A stretch of DNA of 64,000 nucleotides. Source: Candidatus Zixiibacteriota bacterium. GTDB lineage: Bacteria > RBG-13-66-14 > B26-G2 > WVWN01. Positions 42,135-51,652 of this stretch are shown in pieces; the first letter of the stretch is position 1; every line of letters starts with the position of its first letter. Position numbers and translations under genes: made by a program. The stretch covers positions 1-64,000 of the forward strand of contig JASFLY010000006.1 in assembly GCA_050117845.1 (NCBI GenBank). Direction: 5' to 3'. The notes under the pieces are model-generated. The model was not told the origin of the DNA. It did not search any database and saw nothing but the letters and a program-made list of their open reading frames with translations.

Positions 42135-43637
42135 TTACGCGACGGCGTTGTCGTCATCCGGCCTCAATCGCGCCATCATGGCGAGGACGGCGATTATGAA
42201 GATGAACGTCGTGCGGTTGACGAGCGACGTTTGATACAGCGGCGCGACCATATTATGCGTGAACCAGGCGACCAGGCCGGCGGAGAAGCCCACGCCCACG
42301 GCCGCGTGGAGCGACGACTGTTCTTTCATGGCGCGCCGGGCGTCGTAGTAAACGTACAAGAGGAAGAAGAGGAACGCCGCCAGGCCGAGGATCCCCTGCT
42401 CGGCGGCGATCAAAAGCCAGGTGTTGTGCACCGGAAAGAGCATTTCGAAGTCGATTCCGGTCACTTCGTACGTAAAGAACGCCTCCGGGAAGTTGTTCAA
42501 TCCCACCCCCACGAGGGGATTGTGCTTGATCATCTCGAACGAGTTCTTCATGAGCGCGACGCGGACCTCGTCCTCCATCGTTTCCATGAAGAAGCGGACG
42601 CGCATGAAAAGCTTCTCGGAGAGGAGCGTGAAAATGACGGCGAGTTGAACCGCGACCGCGAGCGATACTTTGAGGACGCGGCCGGCGAGTTCCGGGAAAC
42701 GGCGGACGCCGAGGAAAATAACGGCGACCACGGCGACGCCCATTGCCATCAGGCCGCCGCGGGAGAACGTTACGAGTAAGGCCACCAATGCCATGGCTAG
42801 TATTACGATGATAGCCCGTTTCCACATCTTCGACAGGGGGTAGAAGAAATAAAGGGCGATGAAGAGGGGGACCGTCAACTCGAAGAAGCCCGCCAGGAAA
42901 TTGCAGTAGCCGGTCGTCCCGCAGGCGCGGATGGGGCTCGCCGGGTCGTACGGCGTGGCGTGCGAGATGCCCATGTAGATGCCGAACTTCGCCAGGAAAT
43001 CGTACGTTCCCCACGGGTTTAAATACTGCGCTATGGCGAGGACCGACTGGAGCGCGACGCTTGCGCCGAGAATGATTATAACGGTTTTTAACTGGCGGTC
43101 GCCTTTGAGGTAGTTGGCGATGACGAGGAAGAACAGGAACATCTCGACCATACGGAGGATTTCGAAGATGCCGAAGGTCCAGTCGAGCGCGTAGACCGTG
43201 GAGAGTATGGCCGGGATGAAAAGCAGCGCCAGCGGGCCGGTCGTCCGCGGAACGTGTAAGCCCGAACCGCGGCCGGCGGCGAATTCTATAAACCAGAAGA
43301 ATATAAAGAGGTAAAGCGGGATTTCGTAGGAGTAAAGAACCGGGACGTTCATTATGCCGGGGTGCTCGATATCGGGGATGGGGACCAGGTAGCGGGCAAT
43401 GAAGATGGGCAGGAGTATGACCAGCATGTAGAAGAACGGCGTCTTGACGTCCCGGAAGAAGAGCATCAGCGCCAGAACGCTCATTACCAGTACGCCCGGC
43501 GCCAGGAACTTCAGGCCGAAGTTGACGTATACCCACGCCAACGCGAGCGTGGATACGATGGCGACCAGGAGTATGACGACCTTTATCGTCCGGTCGCCTC
43601 CTAGGCGCAACGCGGCTTTGGGGCTATCGGCTTTCAC
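42135..43637 (-). CDS. O-antigen ligase/polymerase (Wzy_C) family membrane protein
   Basis: TFSRGG, PLVGVGLNNF, VHNTWL..AAEQGILG. Confidence 0.88.
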   Translation of the reverse strand: MKADSPKAALRLGGDRTIKVVILLVAIVSTLALAWVYVNFGLKFLAPGVLVMSVLALMLFFRDVKTPFFYMLVILLPIFIARYLVPIPDIEHPGIMNVPVLYSYEIPLYLFIFFWFIEFAAGRGSGLHVPRTTGPLALLFIPAILSTVYALDWTFGIFEILRMVEMFLFFLVIANYLKGDRQLKTVIIILGASVALQSVLAIAQYLNPWGTYDFLAKFGIYMGISHATPYDPASPIRACGTTGYCNFLAGFFELTVPLFIALYFFYPLSKMWKRAIIVILAMALVALLVTFSRGGLMAMGVAVVAVIFLGVRRFPELAGRVLKVSLAVAVQLAVIFTLLSEKLFMRVRFFMETMEDEVRVALMKNSFEMIKHNPLVGVGLNNFPEAFFTYEVTGIDFEMLFPVHNTWLLIAAEQGILGLAAFLFFLLYVYYDARRAMKEQSSLHAAVGVGFSAGLVAWFTHNMVAPLYQTSLVNRTTFIFIIAVLAMMARLRPDDDNAVA

Positions 43638-44106
43638 GTAATACGCTCAATAATCGGGCGACGGCGCGGGCGTAGTGCGTGCCCGGCCAGTAGACCCGGC
43701 CGCAAGCCGGGCAACGGGCGAAAGTATCTTGCGTCTTTTCGACGTGGGGCGGCAATTTGGTTCTTACTTCCTCTTTAGTTGCCGGTTCCAGAATAACGTT
43801 GCATTCGATGCAACGTGTCATGGCGTTCGCCGTGAATTCCAAACTGAAGCGCCGGGCCGTGGCCGCGACTTGCGCCATGACCCGGTCGTCCTCCACCAGG
43901 AAGACTTCCACATCCTCGCGGCCCGCCAGGTCCCGGCGCCGTGTTAATAGCGTCCGGCCGCTGCGTAACGTTTCGCGCAGGGCCGCGGGGCCGTCCGCGT
44001 CGCGCAGATACTCGACGTCGTAACCCAGCATTCGGAGGTATCGCGCGAGACGCCCCAGCGCGGCGTCGGCCAGGAATTTCCGCTCCCCGCCCCGGCAAGT
44101 AAGCAT
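43624..44106 (-). CDS. Mut7-C RNase (PIN-like plus Zn ribbon) protein
   Basis: FLADAALGRLARYLRMLGYD, RCIECN, CPACGRVYWPGTH. Confidence 0.92.
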   Translation of the reverse strand: MLTCRGGERKFLADAALGRLARYLRMLGYDVEYLRDADGPAALRETLRSGRTLLTRRRDLAGREDVEVFLVEDDRVMAQVAATARRFSLEFTANAMTRCIECNVILEPATKEEVRTKLPPHVEKTQDTFARCPACGRVYWPGTHYARAVARLLSVLRESR

Positions 44107-44112
44107 AACCCG

Positions 44113-44520
44113 TTACCAGAATGCCGGCGCCCACACGACCCAGGCGGCGGCGACGATAGCGACGCCCAACGGCATCGTTACTTGCCACGTCGGGGCCGAG
44201 TCTCCATGCCGGAAAAAACCGGAATGGGCCGGAAAGAACCTCGGCGGCGCCTTGCCCCGTTTGCCGACGAACAGGTTCTCCACGTCGGGCAAAGCCCCGC
44301 CCACGGCCCCCATTATGACCGCCAACCGAAAATCGCCGAGCCAAGTATACAAAATAAGGGCGGCCACCGCCATTAAAAGTTCAGCGACGCGGCCGAAATC
44401 CCGGTGGGTAATCAGGTCCGCCGGGACATGGGCCGCAACGCCGAGAGCGAGCGCCGCGGCCGGATGGGGCGCGACGGCCCCCAGCGCGGCGCCGACCGCA
44501 ACGTGGCCGAAAACGGACAC
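44113..44520 (-). CDS. Small membrane protein, possible YdjM-like metal-dependent hydrolase
   Basis: N-terminal H, HxxxD..H, LPD motifs between hydrophobic helices. Confidence 0.55.
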   Translation of the reverse strand: MSVFGHVAVGAALGAVAPHPAAALALGVAAHVPADLITHRDFGRVAELLMAVAALILYTWLGDFRLAVIMGAVGGALPDVENLFVGKRGKAPPRFFPAHSGFFRHGDSAPTWQVTMPLGVAIVAAAWVVWAPAFW

Positions 44521-44524
44521 TTCC

Positions 44525-45037
44525 TTATTCTATCCACCGGACGACTTCGGACAGCGGCTTCCGGTCGGACCGGCCTTCCTTGGCCGGAACGCCGACCGGT
44601 ATCAGCGCCACCGGCCTCTCGTCCTTCTTCAAGCGGAGGCCCCGGGCGACGGCGGCGTCGTCGAAAGCGCCGACCCAACATGTCCCCAGGCCCATATCGC
44701 GGGCCGCCAGGAGGATATTCTGGACCGCGGCCGCGGTATCCTGCAGACAGTAGAGCTGACGGCCCCGGTCCCCGTACGGCGAATTTACGGGAGGGGCCGC
44801 GGCCACGCCGATTACCGCCGGCGCGTCCGCTACGAACTTTTGGCCGAAGGCCGCCGTTGCGAGTTCGCCCTTGACCTTGGGAGAGGTGACGACGATGAAG
44901 ACCCAGGGTTGTAGGTTCCCTCCGGACGGGGCCCAGCGGGCGGCTTCCAGCAATTTATCTATCTGCTCCCGGGTGACGACGTCGCTGGTGAAACTTCGCA
45001 CCGACCGGCGTCCCCGGATCGTGTCCAGTATGCCCAT
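44525..45037 (-). CDS. Nitroreductase family protein
   Basis: RRSVRSF, APSGGNLQPW, GLGTCWVGAF. Confidence 0.93.
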   Translation of the reverse strand: MGILDTIRGRRSVRSFTSDVVTREQIDKLLEAARWAPSGGNLQPWVFIVVTSPKVKGELATAAFGQKFVADAPAVIGVAAAPPVNSPYGDRGRQLYCLQDTAAAVQNILLAARDMGLGTCWVGAFDDAAVARGLRLKKDERPVALIPVGVPAKEGRSDRKPLSEVVRWIE

Positions 45038-45042
45038 GATGT

Positions 45043-45465
45043 TTAACCGTCCCACGGGTCGCTATACTCGTTAACCAAGACCTGGTCCAGTTCGTCGGCG
45101 ACTTCCGCGACCCTTACCAGCGCCCGCATGGCCTCGTCGAAGCCGAGGCCGCTCATTTCTCTGTTGATTTCAAGCCACACGACGTCGTCCCGAAGCGAGA
45201 ACTTCACGGCGATGCGTTGGGCGTTTTCTTGGAGGAGGCGTTCGAAACACTCGCCCCGGCGGGACGTCGGCGCCGCCATTATCGGCGCGGCGATGTTCAC
45301 GTAGTACTCGCCGCCGATATCGACGATCGTTATGAATATCTCGGCCGACCCCTTGGCGAATTGCCAGCACTGGTGTTCCTCGTTGTAGCACTCGGAGGGT
45401 TCGAGGCCCGTGCGCCTGATAAGGGTTTCGACGAGTTTGATATAATCTTCGGCTTTATCCGCCAT
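45043..45465 (-). CDS. YbjN/CesT-like (secretion-chaperone fold) protein
   Basis: 140 aa acidic; W...GSA, LLQEN, VADELD pattern. Confidence 0.7.
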   Translation of the reverse strand: MADKAEDYIKLVETLIRRTGLEPSECYNEEHQCWQFAKGSAEIFITIVDIGGEYYVNIAAPIMAAPTSRRGECFERLLQENAQRIAVKFSLRDDVVWLEINREMSGLGFDEAMRALVRVAEVADELDQVLVNEYSDPWDG

Positions 45466-45466
45466 A

Positions 45467-46162
45467 TTAAACCGCCTCCCGCAGGAGGCCCACCGGCGTT
45501 TGCTCGAGCTGTTGGCCCAGCGGGTTGTCGGTGCAGCCGTCCTCGACCCATTTCGGGTCGACGCCCGAAGAGTGGCCGAGGCAGTCGCAATCGCCGTAGT
45601 CGCCGGCGTCGATTATCGCCGTCTCGCAGCCGGTGCGCCGCTTGATGGCTTCCGCCGCGGCGTTCCCTTCCGCCGGCCCGTATACTATCAGCCGAATGAG
45701 GGGGTCGAAACTCTGCTTCCGCGTACCGTCTATTTCGGCCACGCCGTGGCCGGTAATCTCGAAGAATACGCCGCGTTTGCCGAAGAGCTTGGTGACGGCC
45801 GAACAGGCCGCGGCCCAGAGGATCTTGGGGAGGCCCACGAGGTTAATGGCCGCCTGCATCTTCTCCGGAATGCCGACCGCGCCGAAGCCGTAAACGGGCT
45901 TGGATACGAAGCGCCACAGCACCCGGGCCCATATCCCCAGGCGCAGATCGTCGAACGGGACGGTCCGCCCCTGGCACAGCGATACGATTTTCGACGTTAC
46001 GAGTATGACGTCGCCGGCCCGTCTGACCGGGCCGGTGTACTCGTCGACGACTTCCACGATGTTATCGCCGTAGCCCACGACGTGGGTGTGGACGGGTATC
46101 TTTTTTATGTCGGCCATTAAGGGCGAAACGAAATACTTACCCCGATTACTAATTAATATCAC
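45467..46162 (-). CDS. CofE-like (F420-0:gamma-glutamyl ligase family) protein; start may be 46117
   Basis: GDVILVTSKIVSLCQGR, C-terminal DNPLGQ..EQTP. Confidence 0.7.
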   Translation of the reverse strand: MILISNRGKYFVSPLMADIKKIPVHTHVVGYGDNIVEVVDEYTGPVRRAGDVILVTSKIVSLCQGRTVPFDDLRLGIWARVLWRFVSKPVYGFGAVGIPEKMQAAINLVGLPKILWAAACSAVTKLFGKRGVFFEITGHGVAEIDGTRKQSFDPLIRLIVYGPAEGNAAAEAIKRRTGCETAIIDAGDYGDCDCLGHSSGVDPKWVEDGCTDNPLGQQLEQTPVGLLREAV

Positions 46163-46212
46163 AAACCCCCTTTAACCACAAGCTGAAACTATGGCCCTTG
46201 CGGCCCCTCGGC

Positions 46213-46241
46213 TTGACCAGCCGTCGCCCCTATGATAGAAT
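46213..46241 (+). promoter_or_regulatory. Sigma70 promoter (extended -10)
   Basis: TTGACC-17 nt-TAGAAT with TGn. Confidence 0.75.
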
Positions 46242-46283
46242 TTCGCCTATGTTTATCGAGTATTCTCGCGTATCGCGGGCGCA

Positions 46284-47453
46284 ATGATGGCCGAGAACGA
46301 TCTCATCTATATGGACAACGCGGCCACGTCCTGGCCCAAACCGCCGGCCGTGCTCGAGGCGATGACGTTCTACCAGGAACGGGTAGGCGCCAGCGCCGGC
46401 CGCGGCGGATACCGGCTGGCCGTGGACGCGGCCCGGCTCATCTTCGACGCCCGGGAGGCGGTGGCCGGCCTGTTCGGCGTCGCCGATTCCCGGCGCGTAA
46501 TATTTACGCTGAACTGCACCGAGGCGCTGAACATCGTCCTCCAGGGGTGGCTGGAGGAGGGGAGCCACGTCGTCACGACGGCGATGGAGCATAATTCCGT
46601 GGCCCGGCCTTTAAATCACTTGCATAAAGAGCGCGGCGTGGACGTAACGTACGTCCCGTGTTCGGCCGACGGGTTGCTCGACCCGGCCGACGTAGCGAAA
46701 GCCATAACGGCGGAGACGCGGCTGGTCGCGATTATCCACGCCTCGAACGTGTGCGGCGCCGTGAACGACGTCACGGCGGTGGGTAAAATCTGCCGGGAGC
46801 GGGAGGTCCCCTTCCTCGTAGATGCCGCGCAGAGCGCCGGCGCCGCGGAGATAAACGTCGAGGAAATGGGTATAGACTTCCTGGCCTTCCCGGGCCACAA
46901 GGGCTTGATGGGGCCGCTTGGCACCGGGGCCCTGTACGTCGGGCCACGCGTGAACCCCCGGCCCCTCTACGAAGGCGGGACCGGCACGAATTCGGAGTCG
47001 ACGTTCCAACCCGAAAATCTGCCGGATTATTACGAGGCCGGTTCCCACAACGCGATAGGCCTAGCCGGCCTGAGGGCGAGTTGCGAGTTTCTGGCGGAAG
47101 TAACGCCGGCGGCCGCCGGGGCTCACAAAGCCCGGTTGGCGGAACGTTTCGTGGCCGCGGTCGACGAGATCCCGGCCGTGACCTACCACGGCCCGCGCGA
47201 TTTCGCGAGGCAGGCCGGCGTTTGTTCGATCCGGGTCGACGGCATGGCCGCGGCGGAGGTGGGCCACCGCCTGGACGCCGGGTACGGCGTTATGGTGCGG
47301 ACGGGCCTGCATTGCTCGCCGCTGGCCCATACGACGCTGGGTACAATCGAAACCGGTACGGTACGGTTCTCTTTCGGCTATTACAACACCGAGGAACAGG
47401 TAGACGTTGCGGCCCGGGCGCTCCGGGAAATCGCTCGCGACGGGGGAAGGTAA
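46284..47453 (+). CDS. Cysteine desulfurase family (class V PLP) protein
   Basis: YMDNAATSWPKP, MEHNSV, HASNV, DAAQ, FPGHKG, RTGLHC. Confidence 0.93.
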   Translation: MMAENDLIYMDNAATSWPKPPAVLEAMTFYQERVGASAGRGGYRLAVDAARLIFDAREAVAGLFGVADSRRVIFTLNCTEALNIVLQGWLEEGSHVVTTAMEHNSVARPLNHLHKERGVDVTYVPCSADGLLDPADVAKAITAETRLVAIIHASNVCGAVNDVTAVGKICREREVPFLVDAAQSAGAAEINVEEMGIDFLAFPGHKGLMGPLGTGALYVGPRVNPRPLYEGGTGTNSESTFQPENLPDYYEAGSHNAIGLAGLRASCEFLAEVTPAAAGAHKARLAERFVAAVDEIPAVTYHGPRDFARQAGVCSIRVDGMAAAEVGHRLDAGYGVMVRTGLHCSPLAHTTLGTIETGTVRFSFGYYNTEEQVDVAARALREIARDGGR

Positions 47454-47456
47454 GCC

Positions 47457-48377
47457 ATGAAATACAAGATGATATTGCTTGTGGCCGTCTCGCTGGCGCT
47501 GCTTCTCGGCTGTGCCGAGGACGAGCCGGGCGACGTTTCGACGTGGTCCTTTTATCGGGGCGCGAGTATAGGCGGCGCTTCGTTCCGGGCGGTCGACGCT
47601 ACCGGCCCGAACGACGCCTGGGCCGTCGGATCCCGCGGGAAAATCCTCCGCTACGACGGCATCAGGTGGGCCTTTTACCCCGTCTCGGTGACGGAAACCG
47701 ACCTTAACGGCCTGGACATGACCTCGGGCAGTACCGGCTGGGCGGTGGGCGCGGCCGGTACCGTACTCCGTTACCACAACGGCCAGTGGTATAACACCCT
47801 TCACATCACCGGCCTCGATCTCTACAGCGTGGCCTTCGGCGGCGACGGGACCGGCTTCGCCGTGGGCGACGGCGGCGCCGTTTTCCGTTACCGGGGCGGC
47901 GAATGGGAAGACGTTTCGGTGCCGGGCGTAACGGCCGACCTGCGCGACGTGGCGGTTGCGGGGGACGGCACGGCGTGGGCGGTGGGCGACGTCGGGACCA
48001 TTCTTTGCTACGACGGCGCCACCTGGTCGGAGGTCGAATCGTCGCCGACGACGCATCGGCTCAACGCCGTGGCTTACGGGGCCGGCGGCGCGTACGCGGC
48101 CGGGGACGCGGGCGTCGTTCTCTGCAACACGGGCACGGGATGGTACGCCATGCCGACCTCGGCTACCGGGACGCTGCTCGGCGTGGCCGCCGCCGAGGAA
48201 GCGGCGTTCGCCTGTGGCAACGACGGCATCTTACTGGGCACCAAGGACGGCGCGTGGGGGCCCGTGGGGCCGGAACTCGGGCCGGTGAACCTCAACGACG
48301 TAACGCTGATAAACAGCAACGAGGGTTGGGCCGTCGGCGACCAGGGCGTCATCCTCCGCTACGGCCGCGCCTGGTAA
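47457..48377 (+). CDS. Lipoprotein with YCF48-like beta-propeller repeats
   Basis: Lipobox LLGC; about 7 repeats of L..V....W/FAVG..G..LRY.G..W. Confidence 0.82.
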   Translation: MKYKMILLVAVSLALLLGCAEDEPGDVSTWSFYRGASIGGASFRAVDATGPNDAWAVGSRGKILRYDGIRWAFYPVSVTETDLNGLDMTSGSTGWAVGAAGTVLRYHNGQWYNTLHITGLDLYSVAFGGDGTGFAVGDGGAVFRYRGGEWEDVSVPGVTADLRDVAVAGDGTAWAVGDVGTILCYDGATWSEVESSPTTHRLNAVAYGAGGAYAAGDAGVVLCNTGTGWYAMPTSATGTLLGVAAAEEAAFACGNDGILLGTKDGAWGPVGPELGPVNLNDVTLINSNEGWAVGDQGVILRYGRAW

Positions 48378-48400
48378 TCCCCACCCCCCCCAATTATAAT

Positions 48401-48431
48401 AAAAAGAGGGAACCTCTACGGGTTCCTTTTT
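48401..48431. terminator. Bidirectional terminator
   Basis: A run, GGAACC-tctacg-GGTTCC, T run, between convergent genes. Confidence 0.75.
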
Positions 48432-48452
48432 GTTTGACGCGTACTAGCGTCT

Positions 48453-49346
48453 TTACAGCAGGCCGGCCGCGACCTTGTAGCTATTGACGTGGATGGTGAC
48501 GGTGTCCGAGGTGTGAGTGGCGTAGCCGCCGGCCAGGAGTATCACGGCCGGGATGTCACGCTCCGCGCAAGCGCCCAGGACTATGCGGTCGCGCTCAATC
48601 AGCCCCTCGATGCTTATCTGTAGCGTGCCGAGCTGGTCGCCGGCGTAGGGGTCGGCGCCGGCCACGTAGGCCACGAATTCCGGGGCGAACCGGTCGAGCA
48701 CTTTCGGAACGTGCTCGCGGAGCGGCGGGAGGTAGACGTCGTCCGGGGCGAAGGAGGGGAGGCCGATGTCGAGGTCGCTCCGCTGCTTCACGGGGTAGAG
48801 GTGTTCCTCGTGGATGGAGAAGGTGAAGACGGCCGGGTCGTCGCGGAAGATGTAAGCGGTCCCGTTGCCCTGATGGAGATCGCAATCGATGACCGCGGCC
48901 CGGCTTATCCGTTTCTCGTGGAGCATGTAACGGACGGCCAGCGCGACGTCGTTGATGTAGCAGAACCCTTCCGCGTGGTCGGGGAAGGCGTGGTGGAGGC
49001 CGCCGCCGGCGTTCATCGTCGGCCCGCCGCGTTCCACGGCGGCGCGCGACGCGGCGATGGATCCTCCGGCGCCGGTCAGGAAGGCCCGCACTATTTCGGG
49101 CGTCAGCGCCATCTCCGAGGACGCGGTGGCGGCGGTCCACCGGGCGTTCAGGACGTCGTCCAGGTACTCCGGCGTATGGACGAGCTCGAGTTCGGCCCGG
49201 ATGGCCGGTTCCGGCTCGATTACCTCGCCCAGGATGCCTTCGGCCTCCAGCCGTTCGACGATGAGGCGGTACTTCTGTATCGGGAAGACGTGACCCTGGA
49301 GGTCGGCAAGGTACTGCGGAGAATAGGCGATGGGTATGGTCGTCAT
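48453..49346 (-). CDS. Histone deacetylase family protein
   Basis: HVFP..KY, GGLHHA, GFCYIND, DCDLHQGNGT, AGAD, AGGY. Confidence 0.95.
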   Translation of the reverse strand: MTTIPIAYSPQYLADLQGHVFPIQKYRLIVERLEAEGILGEVIEPEPAIRAELELVHTPEYLDDVLNARWTAATASSEMALTPEIVRAFLTGAGGSIAASRAAVERGGPTMNAGGGLHHAFPDHAEGFCYINDVALAVRYMLHEKRISRAAVIDCDLHQGNGTAYIFRDDPAVFTFSIHEEHLYPVKQRSDLDIGLPSFAPDDVYLPPLREHVPKVLDRFAPEFVAYVAGADPYAGDQLGTLQISIEGLIERDRIVLGACAERDIPAVILLAGGYATHTSDTVTIHVNSYKVAAGLL

Positions 49347-49378
49347 TCCGGGTACCGTGGCGCGTTTTTAAGGGGAAG

Positions 49379-49969
49379 CTAGAAGCTGACGGTTACCCCC
49401 CACGTCGGTACGACTTCGCCGTTCTCCCCGGACGTCCGGCAGAGGCCCAGCGACGGTTCAACCGTAATCGAGTATCCGGGGATGTCGTAGAAGCGGGGTT
49501 TCTTTACGGCGTTGTATACGGCCGCTCCCAAAAAACCAGCTGGGATGACGGTGTAGAAAGCGGCGGTCAGCGCGCCGGCGTCGCTATCCTCGTCGGTCAG
49601 GAGGTAGGCCGCGCCGGCCGCGGTTCCGATTACGGCGTAAAACGTGCCGGCCGTTGCCGAGAGGACCTTGCCGCGGTTGGCGGAAGGGTGGCCGACGTTC
49701 TCGCCGACTACGTATACCGCCAGCGCGGAGGCCAGGGGCGCCACGCCGTAGACGGCGTAAGACAGCTTCTCGCGCGTTCCGCCCTCGTTGTCCTTGGGGT
49801 CGCCGCCGACGGCGTAGCCGGCGGCGAAGAAGGCGATTCCCACGGCTCCGGCCGCGGCGGCCTCGGAGAAGTAGAGTTCGTCCGGCGTGCCCCCCGGTTC
49901 CCCGGCGCCGGCGAAGGAGGCCTGCAAGGCGAGAACGGCGACGGCCGCGATTAACTTGCGAATCGGCAT
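49379..49969 (-). CDS. Hypothetical Gly/Ala-rich membrane protein, beta-signal-tail family copy 1
   Basis: Signal peptide; hydrophobic helices; ends PTWGVTVSF. Confidence 0.8.
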   Translation of the reverse strand: MPIRKLIAAVAVLALQASFAGAGEPGGTPDELYFSEAAAAGAVGIAFFAAGYAVGGDPKDNEGGTREKLSYAVYGVAPLASALAVYVVGENVGHPSANRGKVLSATAGTFYAVIGTAAGAAYLLTDEDSDAGALTAAFYTVIPAGFLGAAVYNAVKKPRFYDIPGYSITVEPSLGLCRTSGENGEVVPTWGVTVSF

Positions 49970-49975
49970 AGTCCG

Positions 49976-50449
49976 TTAGAATGACGCCGAGAAGGTTACG
50001 AATATTTCGTCCCGGTTTTCGTCCCCCTCGTCGCTTTCTTTAACGAGGTTGTAAGTCACCGTGGAGACGGCGGGAGCGAGTAGCATTCCGATAATCAGGC
50101 CCCGCCATCCGTCGGCCCAAAGGCCGACGAGAGAAGAGACGTACGAAGTTCCAATAGCGGCGCCGGCGCTGGCCCAGTCGTTTCGGGAATCGTCTCCCCA
50201 CAGTTCCCCGGCGCCGTAAACGCCGAGGCCCACGCCGGCCGGGTAGGCTAGAAGGAAACCGTATAGGCCGCCCCCGGCGAATTTTTCGGAAGACCATATG
50301 TTCCCGACGGGGATGGCGGCGATGCCGACGCCCACGCCGCCGAGGTAGCCGCAACCGACCTCGGCCGCGACGATGCCGGCCCCGTCCGCGCCGGCGGCCG
50401 CGGCAACCGCGAGGGTCGCCGCCAGCAGGGATATTATAACCCTTCGCAC
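49976..50449 (-). CDS. Hypothetical Gly-rich membrane protein, beta-signal-tail family copy 2
   Basis: GTG 50449 gives signal peptide; AYPAGVGLGVYGAGE; ends IFVTFSASF. Confidence 0.78.
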   Translation of the reverse strand: MRRVIISLLAATLAVAAAAGADGAGIVAAEVGCGYLGGVGVGIAAIPVGNIWSSEKFAGGGLYGFLLAYPAGVGLGVYGAGELWGDDSRNDWASAGAAIGTSYVSSLVGLWADGWRGLIIGMLLAPAVSTVTYNLVKESDEGDENRDEIFVTFSASF

Positions 50450-50454
50450 GTTGA

Positions 50455-50535
50455 ATACTAATATTTCGGGGCGACGTTGTAAATAAAAACCCGCGGCCGT
50501 TTTCACTTGCGCCCGGCCGCGGAGTTAATTATTAT
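50455..50535. promoter_or_regulatory. Divergent sigma70 promoter pair, both apparently leaderless
   Basis: Minus: TTTACA(50483)-17-TAGTAT(50460), GTG 5 nt on; plus: TTGCGC(50507)-17-TATTAT(50530), GTG 6 nt on. Confidence 0.6.
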
Positions 50536-50541
50536 TGCGAC

Positions 50542-51636
50542 GTGCACGCCAGATTCGCGGCAACGGCGATGTTTGTTTTACTGGCGGCGTTACCGGCCGG
50601 CGCGGTCGATTGGGCCGCCATGCCCTTCGGTTACTACACGTCCGACACCGGCCCGGCGTTCGGCGCCTACGCGGCCTTGTACTTCCGCCTCCCCGACACC
50701 CTTCCCGAAACCCGCGTTTCCTATATCCAACCGATGGTCGTTTACACGTGGAAACGCCAGTTCCGCGGCGACCTCGACGGCGACCTCTATTCGCCCAAAG
50801 CCGACTGGCGCCTCGCGGCCGAGAACCGCTACGAGAAATACCCAACCACTTTCTGGCCCCCTCCAGGCTCGGAGAACGCCCCCAAGGAATACTACGCGGA
50901 TTATACCAGGCGCTTCTTCCGTTCGGACGTAGTCGCGTACCGGCGGGTGGCCGGGCCGTTCTACGCCGGCCTGGGAGGCTACGCTCTGGATTACGAAGTC
51001 GTCGAATGGGCCCCCGACGCGGAGGGCCTTCCGGGAGGTTACTTGCCCGACCCGGCGCTCGCGCCCGGCGTAGCCGGCGGGAAGGTAGCCGGGCCCTCGG
51101 TGGTCGCCGAGTTCGACACCCGGGACCTGCGCCACGCCGCGTCGGACGGTTTCCTCGTGGGAGGGCGCTTCTCTCTGTTCGACGACGGGGCGGGGTCGGA
51201 TTACTCGTTCCGCTGGTACGAGGTCGACGCGAGGTGTTTCTGCCCGCTCGAGCGGCTGGGCCGGAGGTGGACCTTCGCGAACCGCCTTCTGGTCTCGGGG
51301 CGGGACGGAGCGCCGCCGTTCTGGGCGATGCCGGAGCTCGGCGGCTCGGCGCTTTTGCGGGGCCAACCGGAAGGTCGGGCCCGGGACCGCTGGCTCGTGG
51401 CCTATCAGGAAGAGATGCGCGTGCCGCTGTGGTGGCGTTTTCAGGCGGCGCTGTTCATGGACGTGGGCGGCGTCGCGCCGAAACTGAACGACCTCTCGCT
51501 GGATACGATAATGATGACGGCGGGGGCCGGCCTTCGCTTCGACCTTATCAAGGAAGGGGAGTCGCGGGTCCGTTTCGATTACGGCCGCGGCAAGGACTCG
51601 CAGGGCTTTTACCTAGTATTCAGCGAGGCGTTTTAG
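50542..51636 (+). CDS. Omp85 (BamA/TamA) family outer-membrane barrel without POTRA domains
   Basis: Signal peptide then P..YY..DTG first strand; FDTRD; loop-6-like LGG..LLRG; GAGLRF, RFDYG, terminal F. Confidence 0.82.
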   Translation: MHARFAATAMFVLLAALPAGAVDWAAMPFGYYTSDTGPAFGAYAALYFRLPDTLPETRVSYIQPMVVYTWKRQFRGDLDGDLYSPKADWRLAAENRYEKYPTTFWPPPGSENAPKEYYADYTRRFFRSDVVAYRRVAGPFYAGLGGYALDYEVVEWAPDAEGLPGGYLPDPALAPGVAGGKVAGPSVVAEFDTRDLRHAASDGFLVGGRFSLFDDGAGSDYSFRWYEVDARCFCPLERLGRRWTFANRLLVSGRDGAPPFWAMPELGGSALLRGQPEGRARDRWLVAYQEEMRVPLWWRFQAALFMDVGGVAPKLNDLSLDTIMMTAGAGLRFDLIKEGESRVRFDYGRGKDSQGFYLVFSEAF

Positions 51637-51652
51637 ATATACGAACCCCGGC

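Noticed and set aside
40944..42779. 611 aa plus-strand ORF and similar long antisense ORFs (27592-28905, 36390-37814, 18155-19492, 1649-2809, 59495-60601)
   Set aside because: Shadows of well-supported genes on the opposite strand, expected at high GC; no recognisable motifs.
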